DNA of 27,592 nucleotides from Gemmatimonadota bacterium (lineage in GTDB: Bacteria; Latescibacterota; UBA2968; UBA8231). Below the pieces are notes generated by a model. That model was not told the DNA's origin and searched no databases. It saw only the letters and a program-made list of their open reading frames with translations. Numbering within the stretch: the first letter of the stretch is position 1; each line of letters begins with the position of its first letter. The stretch lies in the NCBI GenBank assembly GCA_038128265.1, contig JAYPJE010000050.1:1-27592 (forward strand). The letters run 5' to 3'. A program made the position numbers and the translations under genes. Positions 10,001 through 19,300 of the stretch are shown in pieces.

Positions 10001-10723
10001 CAGCAGAATGCGGCAGCTCCCAGCGAAGAGGGCGCGGCCCGCGCCTTGGAAGCTCTCGTGCGCTTTGTCCAAGACTACCCGGACACGCCGCAGAGCGCCG
10101 ACGCCTATCTGCGTCTGGCCAACTACCAATTTGCCCTGCACAACTACCTGCAGGCAGCCGGGGCCTACAAGCGCGTGCTCGAAGCGCCGAGCGCCAAGCG
10201 CGAATCGCAGCGCGAGGCCATTTGGAAACTGCTGCAAAGCTATCAAGGTGCGCACGAATACGAGGCAGCGCACGGAGTGGCTGACCAGCTGCTGCGCGAC
10301 TTTCCCGACCACCCGCGCCAGCTCGAAGCGCGCTTAGAGCTCGGCGTCATCCTCAAAGAAAAGGGCCAGTACGCCCAGGCGATCAACCACTTCGAGACCT
10401 TGCTCAACGAGCAGCGCCTCGACGCCAACGATGCCTCGGAGGCGCGCTTTTACGTCGGCGAGTCGTACCAGAATATGGGCGAATACCGCAAGGCCATTGA
10501 AGCCTATTACAAGGTGAGCTATCACGGAGCGGGCGGCTTTAGCCAGTGGATTACATCGGCCGACTTTCAGCGCGCCAAGTGCCACGAATCGATGAGCGAA
10601 TACGCGACGGCCATTGCCGTGTACGAGCGCATCGTGCAGCGCGAAGGAGGCGGCACGCCGCAGGGCGAGATGGCCCAGGAGCAGATTGCCGCGCTGCGCC
10701 GCCGCGTGGGTCGACTCAACTGA
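7055..10723 (+). CDS. Large exported tetratricopeptide-repeat protein (CpoB/YbgF- or BamD-like repeats)
   Basis: Sec signal peptide (…SPAAA/QQ). Repeated A..F..FL..YPDSP...A...LA TPR units along 1222 aa. Confidence 0.85.
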   Translation: MSALNYAARFALAGLLLVSPAAAQQSGDDDFKLARNLYRDAGDYATASTLFAEFLRNYPDSPQRAEARLMLARAYRNSNRCELAAAAYETFFLDHPDHLATADARRERAACLSQLGQYTEAARAYEDVQRRFSASDFAAAALIDAAANHTYGQDVARAVDIYQRVLDEYGTSAAVHQARYQLARLLFAAGRPDEAQRLLGQITVARPVPEQAPSAQLLNGRIDLFLGNRDGAAEKFSVLYERFARTPQADSAHVDYANHLYEQRLFSQAGDAFARALSAARDASLQRRALLGLADARRQSRQTAEALEHYQRLLQQLQAGDEDYLSARLGQAIALGQAGQFALAVGLFQGLIQIGEGPEALAALRELGALYRTRGDHSRAITWYRRYLQETDEAAADAQAVRAVLAELYASTGYREEAVAIYRQLASGQGTVAAEAQYGLASTFEAGGQPREALREYVAYLELFPGAPQAEAARQRIEYLREFTVMHPAELSRALQQAWIDELSGTPRQSVQLDVAHALFEHHDFESAARSFEHYAAAYANSTYGPEGQFFLAESLLNLARQRTMEERPQQADSLRELALQEYRILARAEGSSWAQRAQLRLIEVEADSGPDSLRLTTREEGFARFVSTYSREGSEHLDRALFQLAEARRALGDDVKLKSAIADYQSLRRLFPQSPLVSQALFGIGLCLAQSGQYDAAADSLERMLQSYPDSPLAANALFELGQMRLAQARPQQAIGRLQELRWGYPAFPARRPALLLLADTYFALGEYAAAAEIYRPLAEATGVRDPGGRVRRQLARAYHYMGQYGPALQTYRRLVDEEAEVAARDSIYFDQAVLLVRLGQEDEAVRQFLAVRDAFPDAPLADRAGARAGHIAFALEQYDEAQRIYAPLLEKDIPDSLVYGQYALALFRLQRIEEGRKAAKRYADRMGSKAEWNGRFLLEEGRYYQRTKDYDKALNAFRDVVKKGGSTASEGAYYAAEALWQQNAAAPSEEGAARALEALVRFVQDYPDTPQSADAYLRLANYQFALHNYLQAAGAYKRVLEAPSAKRESQREAIWKLLQSYQGAHEYEAAHGVADQLLRDFPDHPRQLEARLELGVILKEKGQYAQAINHFETLLNEQRLDANDASEARFYVGESYQNMGEYRKAIEAYYKVSYHGAGGFSQWITSADFQRAKCHESMSEYATAIAVYERIVQREGGGTPQGEMAQEQIAALRRRVGRLN

Positions 10724-10762
10724 GCGGCGCGCGCCGAAGCAGACCTTTCAACGGAGAGCCGT

Positions 10763-11443
10763 ATGGACAAACACTTTCTGCGTAACGTCTCCCTCTTTGA
10801 GGGCTTGAACGACGTCGAATTGGAGGCCATTGCCGAACTCTCGTTCACGCGCAACTTCGCCAAAGAAGGCGTCATTATTCTGGCCGAAGAAGAGGGCGAT
10901 ACGCTCTTCATCATAAAGGAGGGCCAGGTCAAGGTGAGCATCGTCAGCGAGGGGGGGCGCGAGGTCATCTTGTCGCTGCTGGGACCGGGTGCCGTCTTCG
11001 GCGAACTGGCGCTATTGGACGGCAAGCCGCGCTCGGCCAACGTCGTGGCAACGGACGATACCAGCCTCGTCATGCTGCGCCGCTCCGACTTTCAGCAGCT
11101 CGTTTACAAGACCCCGCAGATCGCCATGGCCCTGTTGGCCGAGTTGGCCCGGCGGCTGCGCCGCACGGACCGGCAAATCGAGGGGCTGGCGCTGCTCGAC
11201 GTGGCCAGCCGCATTTCGGAGACCCTGCTGCAGCTGGCCACCGATCAGGGCAAGGAGACGGCTGAGGGCATCGCCATTGAGAGTCGGCCAACTCACCAAG
11301 AGCTGGCCAATATGTCGGGCACGACGCGCGAGACCGTTTCGCGCGTGCTCAAACGCCTTGAAAACCAGGGCTACATCGCCTGCAAGGGACGTAAGATCGT
11401 CGTTCTACGCGAAGAATATCGGAGTCGTTCTACACTGACATGA
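10763..11443 (+). CDS. Crp/Fnr-family transcriptional regulator (cyclic-nucleotide-binding, CRP-like)
   Basis: VFGELALLDGKPRSANV cNMP pocket and THQELANMSGTTRETVSR HTH. No FNR Cys cluster. GGAGAG RBS. Confidence 0.93.
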   Translation: MDKHFLRNVSLFEGLNDVELEAIAELSFTRNFAKEGVIILAEEEGDTLFIIKEGQVKVSIVSEGGREVILSLLGPGAVFGELALLDGKPRSANVVATDDTSLVMLRRSDFQQLVYKTPQIAMALLAELARRLRRTDRQIEGLALLDVASRISETLLQLATDQGKETAEGIAIESRPTHQELANMSGTTRETVSRVLKRLENQGYIACKGRKIVVLREEYRSRSTLT

Positions 11444-12948
11444 GCCTGGCAAAAAGACGCATACTCCTCGTTGCCGACGCCGCCGGCGAGCGCTTTAAAG
11501 AGGCGCTGGACAGCGGCCGCATCGTCGACGTGACCAGTCCGGATATCCTAGCTGCGCTGGTTAAGCGCGACGTGGATTTAATTGCAATCGACTTGGCACA
11601 GGGCGCTGTGCTGGAAGAATACGCCGACGCACTCGCCCCGTTTAGCCAAATTCCGCTGATGGGGCTGGGTGAAGAAAACGCATCGTGGCACCTGTTGGCC
11701 AGCAACGCCCACGTCGAGGGACGAATCGATCTTACCGCCTCCGACGAGGCGATGCGCCGCATGGCCGAATCGCTGGTTGAAAGGGGACGCTTTCTGCGTG
11801 GCGGCGCCGGTCTGATCGGCCGCTCAAGCGCCATGCAGCGACTGCGCGAGCGCATTCTTATGATCGCCGCCACGCCCGTTTCCACCGTCTTGCTAACGGG
11901 CGAAAGCGGCGCCGGTAAAGACAACGTCGCCGAGGCCCTGCACCGCTACAGCCTGCGCCGCGAAGGCTCGTTCAAGCCGATTAACTGCGCTGCCATACCA
12001 GAAAACCTGCTGGAAAACGAGCTCTTTGGTCACGAAAAGGGCGCCTTTACCGACGCCAAAGAGCGCTACCGCGGCATTTTTGAACAGGCGCAGGGCGGCA
12101 CGGTATTTCTCGATGAGATTGGCGAGATGGCGCTCTCGGCGCAGGTGCGCCTGCTGCGCGTGCTCGAAGAGCGCAAGGTCACCCGCATCGGCGGCGATGC
12201 CGCCGTGCCCGTCGACGTGCGCGTAGTCGCCGCGACCAATCGCGACCTGCAGGAGGCCGTCGGCCGCCGCGAGTTTCGCCTCGACCTTTACCACCGGCTA
12301 AAGGTCGTCGAGTTGAACATACCGCCCCTGCGCAAGCGCAGCGAGGATATACCCGATCTGGTCGCGCACTTTGTCGAGGATCTCACGCGTGAAAACCGGA
12401 GCCGCTTCGAGCGCTTCTCGCCGGCCGCGCAGGCCCTGCTCGACGAGTACGCCTGGCCTGGTAACGTGCGCGAGCTGCGCAACCTGATCGAACACCTGGT
12501 CTTTTTGGCCCCGCGCCGCATCGTCGAACCAGAAGACTTACTGCCGCATTTGGAACAGCCGCCCGAGCCGCAGCGCAACCTGCCCGTGCCGACCAATAAG
12601 AGCCCCGACCAGTCCGAGCGCGAGCTGATTTACTTCGCCCTCCTCGACCTCAAACGCGAAGTCGCCGAGCTGCGCAGCCGCCTGGATCACTTTATGGACG
12701 GGCAGCAGCCCGTTGTGCACGGCGACGGTACACAGGCGATCTTTCCCATCGAAGAGCCGAGCGCTGCACCGCTGGCCGACGGCGATGCGCGCGCCATTGA
12801 GCCCTTGCTCAGCCTGCGCGACCGAGAGCGAGACGCCATTGTCGACGCGCTCGATCGCGTCGGCGGCAACCGCCGCAAGGCCGCCGATATACTCGGTATA
12901 AGCGCGCGCACGCTCTATCGAAAACTGAAGGAATACGGGATCGAATGA
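11440..12948 (+). CDS. Sigma-54-dependent (Fis-HTH) transcriptional activator with degenerate N-terminal receiver-like domain
   Basis: GESGAGKD Walker [37 protein letters not shown] and C-terminal [25 protein letters not shown] overlap with crp. Confidence 0.93.
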   Translation: MSLAKRRILLVADAAGERFKEALDSGRIVDVTSPDILAALVKRDVDLIAIDLAQGAVLEEYADALAPFSQIPLMGLGEENASWHLLASNAHVEGRIDLTASDEAMRRMAESLVERGRFLRGGAGLIGRSSAMQRLRERILMIAATPVSTVLLTGESGAGKDNVAEALHRYSLRREGSFKPINCAAIPENLLENELFGHEKGAFTDAKERYRGIFEQAQGGTVFLDEIGEMALSAQVRLLRVLEERKVTRIGGDAAVPVDVRVVAATNRDLQEAVGRREFRLDLYHRLKVVELNIPPLRKRSEDIPDLVAHFVEDLTRENRSRFERFSPAAQALLDEYAWPGNVRELRNLIEHLVFLAPRRIVEPEDLLPHLEQPPEPQRNLPVPTNKSPDQSERELIYFALLDLKREVAELRSRLDHFMDGQQPVVHGDGTQAIFPIEEPSAAPLADGDARAIEPLLSLRDRERDAIVDALDRVGGNRRKAADILGISARTLYRKLKEYGIE

Positions 12949-14372
12949 AGCGGCTGATGGGGCGTGCATTCTTGCTATTGGCCGCCGCGGCGATCGGCTG
13001 GCTGGCACCGACGGCCACCGCACAGGACGCTACGGCACACCTGCGCCAGCTCAGCGATACGTTTCGCAGCACCTACGAGCAGGTCAAACCGGCCGTCGTG
13101 CAGATTGCCACCACGCGCTCGTGGCGCGCTGGCCGGCAGATGCTGCCCGATTCGCACCCGCGAATCGACCCTGAGGCCTTTCGCGGTCTGGGCTCGGGCA
13201 CCATCGTCAGCGACGACGGCTACATTCTGAGTAACTACCACGTGATCTCCGGCGCCGACTCCATTCTCGTTACCCTACCCGACCGGCGCACGTTTGACGC
13301 CGAGGTCGTCGGCTTTGATTCGCTGATTGACATCGCCCTGCTGAAAATCGAAGCCCTGCAGCTGCCGCACGTGCAGCTGGGCCAATCGTCCGATCTGCAG
13401 ATCGGCGACTGGGTGCTGGCCATTGGCCACCCACTGGGCATGGGGTCTACGCTCACGCACGGCATCGTCAGCGCCTTAGACCGCCGCGCCGATATCTTCA
13501 ACGGCTCGGGCTACGCCATCGAGAGCTTCATACAGACCAACGCCGTAATCAATCCGGGAAACTCCGGCGGCCCCCTGCTAGACCTCGATGGAGAAACGGT
13601 CGGCATCGTGACGGCCATCTCTACGCGCACGGGATTTTACATGGGCTACAGCCTAGCCGTGCCCATCGATCTGGCGCGCGAAGCCATGAACGATATACGG
13701 ACGCACGGACGCGTCGTGCGCGGCTATTTGGGTATTGGCATGGAGGCTGTCACGCAGGACGTGGTGCGCATGTACGATCTGCCCATGGAGCGGCCGCGCG
13801 GCGTGCGGGTGCGCGTCGTGCCGCAGGGACCGGCCGCGCGTGGCGGCCTGGTCAACGGCGACGTCGTGCTGAGCGTTGACGGCCGGCCGGTCGACCATCC
13901 CAACCAGATTCAATCGATTGTATACGGCCGCGATCCGGGCGAACGGGTGCGGCTGACCCTATTGGATCGCGACGGCGGCGCGCGCGACCTGGACGTCGAG
14001 CTGGGCGAGCGCGAGGAAGAGCGCCGGCTTGCGCAGGGCGAAGTGCGGCTGCAGCAGCTGGGACTGCGCGTAGAGCCGCTGCCCGGCGACCTGGCCCTGG
14101 AACTGGGCTTCACCGGCGACGTGGCCGAAGAGTTGGGCTTCGGCCTGGGCGAGCGACCGGTTATTGTCATCGACGTCGATTCGCTGAGCCTAGCCGCCGA
14201 CAAAGGCATTCGGGTGCGCGACGTCATTACGGAGATCGATCAGGAGCGCATCACTTCGCTGCCGCACTTTGTGCGCTCCGTGTCCAATTTAGAGGCGGGA
14301 CGCTCGGCGCTGTTCTGGCTGTGGCGCGCCGACAGCGGCGTCGACGTGCGCGCCCTGCGCATACCACAGTAA
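12945..14372 (+). CDS. Do/DegP/HtrA-family periplasmic serine protease with two PDZ domains
   Basis: Signal peptide, triad SNYHV / DIALLK / INPGNSGGPL, RGYLGI PDZ1 and LGLRV PDZ2. ATGA overlap with the upstream gene. Confidence 0.93.
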   Translation: MKRLMGRAFLLLAAAAIGWLAPTATAQDATAHLRQLSDTFRSTYEQVKPAVVQIATTRSWRAGRQMLPDSHPRIDPEAFRGLGSGTIVSDDGYILSNYHVISGADSILVTLPDRRTFDAEVVGFDSLIDIALLKIEALQLPHVQLGQSSDLQIGDWVLAIGHPLGMGSTLTHGIVSALDRRADIFNGSGYAIESFIQTNAVINPGNSGGPLLDLDGETVGIVTAISTRTGFYMGYSLAVPIDLAREAMNDIRTHGRVVRGYLGIGMEAVTQDVVRMYDLPMERPRGVRVRVVPQGPAARGGLVNGDVVLSVDGRPVDHPNQIQSIVYGRDPGERVRLTLLDRDGGARDLDVELGEREEERRLAQGEVRLQQLGLRVEPLPGDLALELGFTGDVAEELGFGLGERPVIVIDVDSLSLAADKGIRVRDVITEIDQERITSLPHFVRSVSNLEAGRSALFWLWRADSGVDVRALRIPQ

Positions 14373-14437
14373 GAGACCTCTTACCCCGCGTCGATATTCC
14401 GCACACTCACTCACCCAATCCACTCCGGAGCTATGCG

Positions 14438-15580
14438 ATGTCATTTGAATTGGGCAGTGCCGACGCACTGCTAATGGTCGGCGCCAGCGAACACCTGGCC
14501 GACCTTTACTACGCCACCCGCTTTCGCGCGCCCGACCCTTTTGTCTTTGCTTGGACCAAGAGCGAAACGCTGCTGCTGGCGCACAGCCTCGAAATCGATC
14601 GCGCGCGCCAACAGGCCGAAGTGGATCGCGTGCTGGCCTACACCGCCTACGAAGAGAAGGCGCGCGCCGCCGGCTGCCAGACCCCAACGACCACCGATGT
14701 GCTGCAGGCGTTTATGCGCGACCTTGACCTGAAGCACGTGCTCGTGCCCAGCGACTTTCCCTTGGGCACGGCTGACGCGCTGCGCGCGGCCGGTTTTGTC
14801 CTGGACATCGCGCCTAGCCCGCTCTTTCCGCAGCGACAGATTAAAAGCGCCGCGGAGATCGCGGCCATTCGCACCGCCCAGCAGGGCGCCGAAGCCGGCA
14901 TGGCCGCGGCGGTGGACATGCTGCGCGCAGCGCACGTCGAAGACGGCGCGCTAGTGCACGAAGGCCAGGCGCTGACCTCGGAACGGCTGCGCCGAGCCAT
15001 TCACCGGGCGCTCATGGAGCGCGACTGCACCGGACAGCACACCATCGTCGCCGGCGGCGAGCAGGGCTGCGACCCACATCAGGAGGGCCACGGACCGCTG
15101 CGCGCCAGCGAGCCCATTATCATCGACATTTTTCCCAAGGACGACCGCAGCGGCTACTTCGGCGACATCACGCGCACCTTTGTGAAGGGTCCCGTTCCCG
15201 ACCGCGTCCGTGCGCTCTACGAAACCGTGCTGCAGGCGCACGAGACGGCGCTAGCGCAGGTGCGCGCCGGCGCCGAGGGACGCGCTATCCACGAAGGCGT
15301 GCAGCGCTTCTTTGTCGAACAGGGCTACGAGACGGGCGAGAAGGACGGCTATATGCAGGGCTATTTTCACGGCACCGGCCACGGACTCGGTCTGGAGATA
15401 CACGAGGGACCGAGCCTAGGCCGCCGCGGCGACGTGCTGCAGGACGGCCACGTGGTCACCGTCGAGCCCGGGCTCTACTACCGCGGACTAGGCGGCGTGC
15501 GCATTGAAGATACGGTCGTCGTGCGCGAGGACGGCATCGAGAACCTGACCACCTTCCCCAAAGCGTTAGACATCCCCTAG
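14438..15580 (+). CDS. Xaa-Pro aminopeptidase/dipeptidase (M24B)
   Basis: DPH, IIIDIFP..GYFGDITRT, HGTGHGLGLEIHE, TVEPGLY and GVRIED metal-ligand motifs. ATG at 14438 has a GGAG RBS. Confidence 0.92.
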   Translation: MSFELGSADALLMVGASEHLADLYYATRFRAPDPFVFAWTKSETLLLAHSLEIDRARQQAEVDRVLAYTAYEEKARAAGCQTPTTTDVLQAFMRDLDLKHVLVPSDFPLGTADALRAAGFVLDIAPSPLFPQRQIKSAAEIAAIRTAQQGAEAGMAAAVDMLRAAHVEDGALVHEGQALTSERLRRAIHRALMERDCTGQHTIVAGGEQGCDPHQEGHGPLRASEPIIIDIFPKDDRSGYFGDITRTFVKGPVPDRVRALYETVLQAHETALAQVRAGAEGRAIHEGVQRFFVEQGYETGEKDGYMQGYFHGTGHGLGLEIHEGPSLGRRGDVLQDGHVVTVEPGLYYRGLGGVRIEDTVVVREDGIENLTTFPKALDIP

Positions 15581-15582
15581 CG

Positions 15583-16761
15583 GTGCCCGAAGAGGCTTCG
15601 ACAGATCCGCTGACGCTCGGGGCGCTGCGCTACCTGCAGACACCCACAGGCCAGCAGCTGCTCGCCGCCGCCGCACAGGGCGGTGGCGACCTGAACGCCC
15701 AGGAGGCCCTGCGCGCCCATTTTCCGGCCGAGATGTGCCGGGCCGCGCTGGCGCTGGTCGCCGTGCGCGCAGCCGCCGGCGAAAAATTTGCGCGCGCCGA
15801 ACGCATGCTGTTCGACCGCGAAGGCTTTGAAATGGCCACGCGCGCCGAGGTGGCCCAGTATCGCGCCTGGCGGCTGCGCGGGTGCGAGACCATCCTCGAT
15901 CTGTGCTGCGGCATCGGCGGCGATATGCTCTACCTGGGCCGCGACGCGCGCGTGATTGGCGTGGACGTCGCGCGCCGACGCCTGGAAATGGCGCGGCACA
16001 ACTGTGCGGTATACGAAGTCGGCAATGCGCGCTTTGTCGCCGCCGATGCACGCGGCATCCAACCCAACGCCGACGCCGTATTTTTTGATCCGGCGCGGCG
16101 CGGCGAGCGCGGCCGGCGCCGCAGCGGCGCCGAGTACGATCCACCCCTATCTTTTGTCGAGGCGCTGCGCGCCCGTGTTTCGCGCGTCGCCGTCAAAGTC
16201 TCGCCCGCCATTCCCGAAGAGGAACTGCCCGGCGATGGCGAAGTGGAGTTCGTATCCAGCGCGGGCCAGTGCCGCGAAGCCGTGCTCTACTTCGGCGCGC
16301 TGGCCACGGCCCGGCGCCGGGCCACGCTGCTACCCGAGCGGCACACGCTGACGGACGACGGCTTAGGGGCCGAACCGGTAGGGCCCGTGGGCACCTACAT
16401 CTACGACCCGGATCCGGCCATCGTGCGCGCGCATCTAATCGACGAGTTGGCGCGCCGTTTGGGTGCGTGGAAACTGGATGCGCAGATTGCCTACTTAAGT
16501 AGCGATACCCTAGTTACAACGCCGCTAGCGCGCGCCTACCGCGTTCTGCAGGTGATGCCTTTCCAAATCAAGAAGCTGCGCCAGCACATGCGTAGGGCGG
16601 GCTTTTTTCCGCAGCAGATCAAGCGACGTCGCTTTCCGCTGGAGCCGGTGGAAGTCGAACGCAAACTCGGCATTCGCACCGGCGACACACCGGTTGTTTT
16701 AATCCTCACCCGCCTGGAGGATAAAACAGCCTGTTTGATTTGCGAAACCGGGGTGAATTAA
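15583..16761 (+). CDS. Class I SAM-dependent methyltransferase with C-terminal THUMP-like domain
   Basis: LDLCCGIGGD motif I, FFDPARR motif IV, VKVSP, EFVS..G..REA.L.F and YIYDPDPAIVRA..., the architecture of this putative RNA-methylase family. Confidence 0.85.
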   Translation: MPEEASTDPLTLGALRYLQTPTGQQLLAAAAQGGGDLNAQEALRAHFPAEMCRAALALVAVRAAAGEKFARAERMLFDREGFEMATRAEVAQYRAWRLRGCETILDLCCGIGGDMLYLGRDARVIGVDVARRRLEMARHNCAVYEVGNARFVAADARGIQPNADAVFFDPARRGERGRRRSGAEYDPPLSFVEALRARVSRVAVKVSPAIPEEELPGDGEVEFVSSAGQCREAVLYFGALATARRRATLLPERHTLTDDGLGAEPVGPVGTYIYDPDPAIVRAHLIDELARRLGAWKLDAQIAYLSSDTLVTTPLARAYRVLQVMPFQIKKLRQHMRRAGFFPQQIKRRRFPLEPVEVERKLGIRTGDTPVVLILTRLEDKTACLICETGVN

Positions 16762-16809
16762 GCAGATTCTAGTGTATTCATTCCGTTCTGTTTCCCATGT
16801 GAGAGATCT

Positions 16810-17256
16810 ATGCATCGCCATAAATTTACCGTTGGTGCGTTCGTCGTCGCCGCCGGTCTGTTCTACCTTTTCCTAACCGGTTTTCAGCAGTCGTCTTCGA
16901 CGCATATGACGCTGCAGAACCTGATGGAAGCAGCCCATAGCGACGCGTTGGAAGGCCAGCGCATTCAGCTCGGCGGCAGCACGGTGGTTCCCGGATCGAT
17001 CCAATGGGACAAGTACCGTTCGAGCGCCGAGTTTGACATCACGGACGGCGAGCGCTCACTGCGCGTGCGCTACGTGGGCAATGCCGTGCTCCCTGACACC
17101 TTCAAAGACGAGGCCCTCGTCGTGTTGGAAGGGGAGTATCAGGCGACGCACGGCGCCTTTGATGCCGAAGTGGTCTTTGCCAAGTGCCCCTCCAAATACG
17201 AAGGACAGGACTACGAGGGACACGTGCAGGCGATGAAGGACCAGAGTGGTTCCTAG
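16810..17256 (+). CDS. ccmE: Heme chaperone CcmE, Cys-type (AKCPSKY)
   Basis: N-terminal membrane anchor, G.VVPGSI, FDITDG...VRY.G..PDTF...VVLEG...F.AEVVFAKCPSKY. Confidence 0.92.
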   Translation: MHRHKFTVGAFVVAAGLFYLFLTGFQQSSSTHMTLQNLMEAAHSDALEGQRIQLGGSTVVPGSIQWDKYRSSAEFDITDGERSLRVRYVGNAVLPDTFKDEALVVLEGEYQATHGAFDAEVVFAKCPSKYEGQDYEGHVQAMKDQSGS

Positions 17257-17295
17257 CCGCATCCCTTTTTCATTCGCTTCTTTCCAGACTAAACC

Positions 17296-19293
17296 ATGAT
17301 TGATTTTGGCTATTTTGCGCTGTGTTTGGCACTGCTGTCCTCGGGCTACGCGGTGGTCTCTTCTGTAGCAGGGGGGCGCAGCGGCAGCTTAGCGCTCGTC
17401 CGCTCGGGTGAGAATGCTCTCCTTATTACCTGCCTGTTACTCACCGTTTCGGTGGGCGTGCTGTGGCACGCACTGCTTACGCACAACTTTCAGGTGCGCT
17501 TTGTCGCCGAGAACAGCAACCTTGCTATGCCGCTGTTCTACGTGGTGACTTCCCTGTGGGGCGGGCAGGCCGGATCGCTGCTGTTTTGGGGGTGGATTCT
17601 GTCGCTTTACATCGCCGCCGTAGTCGTGCTCTACCGCCGACGCTACCGCGAGCTGATGCCCTACGCGGCGGCCGTCATGGCAGCTACCAGCTTTTTCTTT
17701 TGCATTCTCCACCTATTTTCAGCCGATCCCTTTGTCACGCTGCCCTTCAAGCCGGAAGACGGACGCGGACTCAACCCGCTGTTGCAGCAGCCGCTGATGG
17801 CCATTCACCCGCCCCTGCTCTACTTGGGCATGGTCGGCATGGTCATTCCCTTCGCCTTCGCCATTTCCGCTCTGGCCTCTGGTCATTTGGACTCCACCTG
17901 GCTGCGACCGGCACGACGCTGGATGCTCATCCCCTGGGCCTTTCTGGGCGCTGGGCTGCTGCTGGGCGGCAAGTGGGCCTACGTCGAGTTGGGATGGGGC
18001 GGATACTGGGGCTGGGACCCGGTAGAAAACTCGTCGCTGATGCCCTGGCTGGCGGGCACGGCCTTCTTGCACTCCATCATGATCCAAGAGCGCAAGGGCA
18101 TGCTCAAAGTGTGGAATATGGTGCTGGCCATCCTCTGCTACGGCCTGTGCATCTTGGGCACGTTTATTACCCGCTCGGGCATTATCTCGTCCGTGCACGC
18201 CTTTGCCAAATCGAATATCGGCCCCTTCTTCGCCGTCTTCCTAGTGGTAATACTGGTCGTTTCCTTTGCCCTGCTCTACCTGCGCCTGCCCCACTTAAAA
18301 CCGGAAAACCGGCTGGAGTCTTTTGCCTCGCGCGAGACGGCTTTCTTGCTAAACAATTGGATTCTGCTAGGTATCCTCTTCGCCGTGCTTTGGGGCACGC
18401 TGTTCCCGCTAATCTCCGAGGCTTTTACCGGCCAGCAGATCACGGTTGGCCCACCCTTTTTTAACCAAGTCAACGTGCCCATTGGCCTAGTCCTCATGCT
18501 ACTGACGGGGGCCGGACCGCTCTTTGCCTGGCGACGTACGTCGGAGGAGAGCCTGAAAAAGAGCTTTGCCGTGCCCGTCGCCGTCGCCGTGCTATCGCTG
18601 CCCGTGCTGCTCGGACTGGGTGTGGACGACTTCTACGCGCTGGTCTCGCTGGTGCTCTGCACCTTTGCCGCGGCCTCTATTGCCCTGGAGTTTCACGCCG
18701 GCACGCGGGCGCGCATGCGCAGCACGGGCGAGCCCTACGCCACGGCCATCTACCGACTCAGCGCCAAAAATCGCCGGCGCTACGGCGGCTATATGACCCA
18801 CTTTGCGCTGGTGCTGCTCTTTGTCGGCTTTACCGGCAAGGCCTTTACCAGCGAGACGGAGTTCGTGCTGCAGCGCGGCGAGACGACGGAGGTCGGCCCG
18901 TACGAACTGACCTACGAGACGCTGGCCTTTAAAGAAGACGCCAATATGAGCTCTACGGCGGCGGCGCTCACCCTGCGCCGCGACGGACAGCGCCTGGGAA
19001 CCCTACTGCCCGAGCGCCGTTTTTACAAGGCCTTTGAGCAGGGTACGACTGAGGTGTCCATCTACTCGGATCTGCGCGAAGATTTCTACCTGATCCTGGT
19101 CGGCTCGGCCAACGACGACAGCGCCAAGTTCCAAGTGTATATCAACCCGCTGGTCAACTTTGTCTGGCTGGGCAGCGTCGTGCTAATCCTCGGTTCGCTG
19201 TGGGCGATGTGGCCTACGGCGCGCGACCGGCGCATAGCCCACCTCGATCGACGGGCTTCGATGCCCATGGCCGCGGCCAGCCCGGCTGGTTAA
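17296..19293 (+). CDS. ccmF: Cytochrome c heme lyase subunit CcmF
   Basis: WGGQAGSLLFW, GLNPLLQ...IHPP, WAYVELGWGGYWGWDPVEN (WWD), FLHS, SVHAF and NPLVNFVWLG. Confidence 0.97.
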   Translation: MIDFGYFALCLALLSSGYAVVSSVAGGRSGSLALVRSGENALLITCLLLTVSVGVLWHALLTHNFQVRFVAENSNLAMPLFYVVTSLWGGQAGSLLFWGWILSLYIAAVVVLYRRRYRELMPYAAAVMAATSFFFCILHLFSADPFVTLPFKPEDGRGLNPLLQQPLMAIHPPLLYLGMVGMVIPFAFAISALASGHLDSTWLRPARRWMLIPWAFLGAGLLLGGKWAYVELGWGGYWGWDPVENSSLMPWLAGTAFLHSIMIQERKGMLKVWNMVLAILCYGLCILGTFITRSGIISSVHAFAKSNIGPFFAVFLVVILVVSFALLYLRLPHLKPENRLESFASRETAFLLNNWILLGILFAVLWGTLFPLISEAFTGQQITVGPPFFNQVNVPIGLVLMLLTGAGPLFAWRRTSEESLKKSFAVPVAVAVLSLPVLLGLGVDDFYALVSLVLCTFAAASIALEFHAGTRARMRSTGEPYATAIYRLSAKNRRRYGGYMTHFALVLLFVGFTGKAFTSETEFVLQRGETTEVGPYELTYETLAFKEDANMSSTAAALTLRRDGQRLGTLLPERRFYKAFEQGTTEVSIYSDLREDFYLILVGSANDDSAKFQVYINPLVNFVWLGSVVLILGSLWAMWPTARDRRIAHLDRRASMPMAAASPAG

Positions 19294-19300
19294 TCGCCCG

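Noticed and set aside
14321..14437. N-terminal extension of the peptidase ORF
   Set aside because: Overlaps the htrA 3' end; ATG 14438 has an RBS and gives the normal length.
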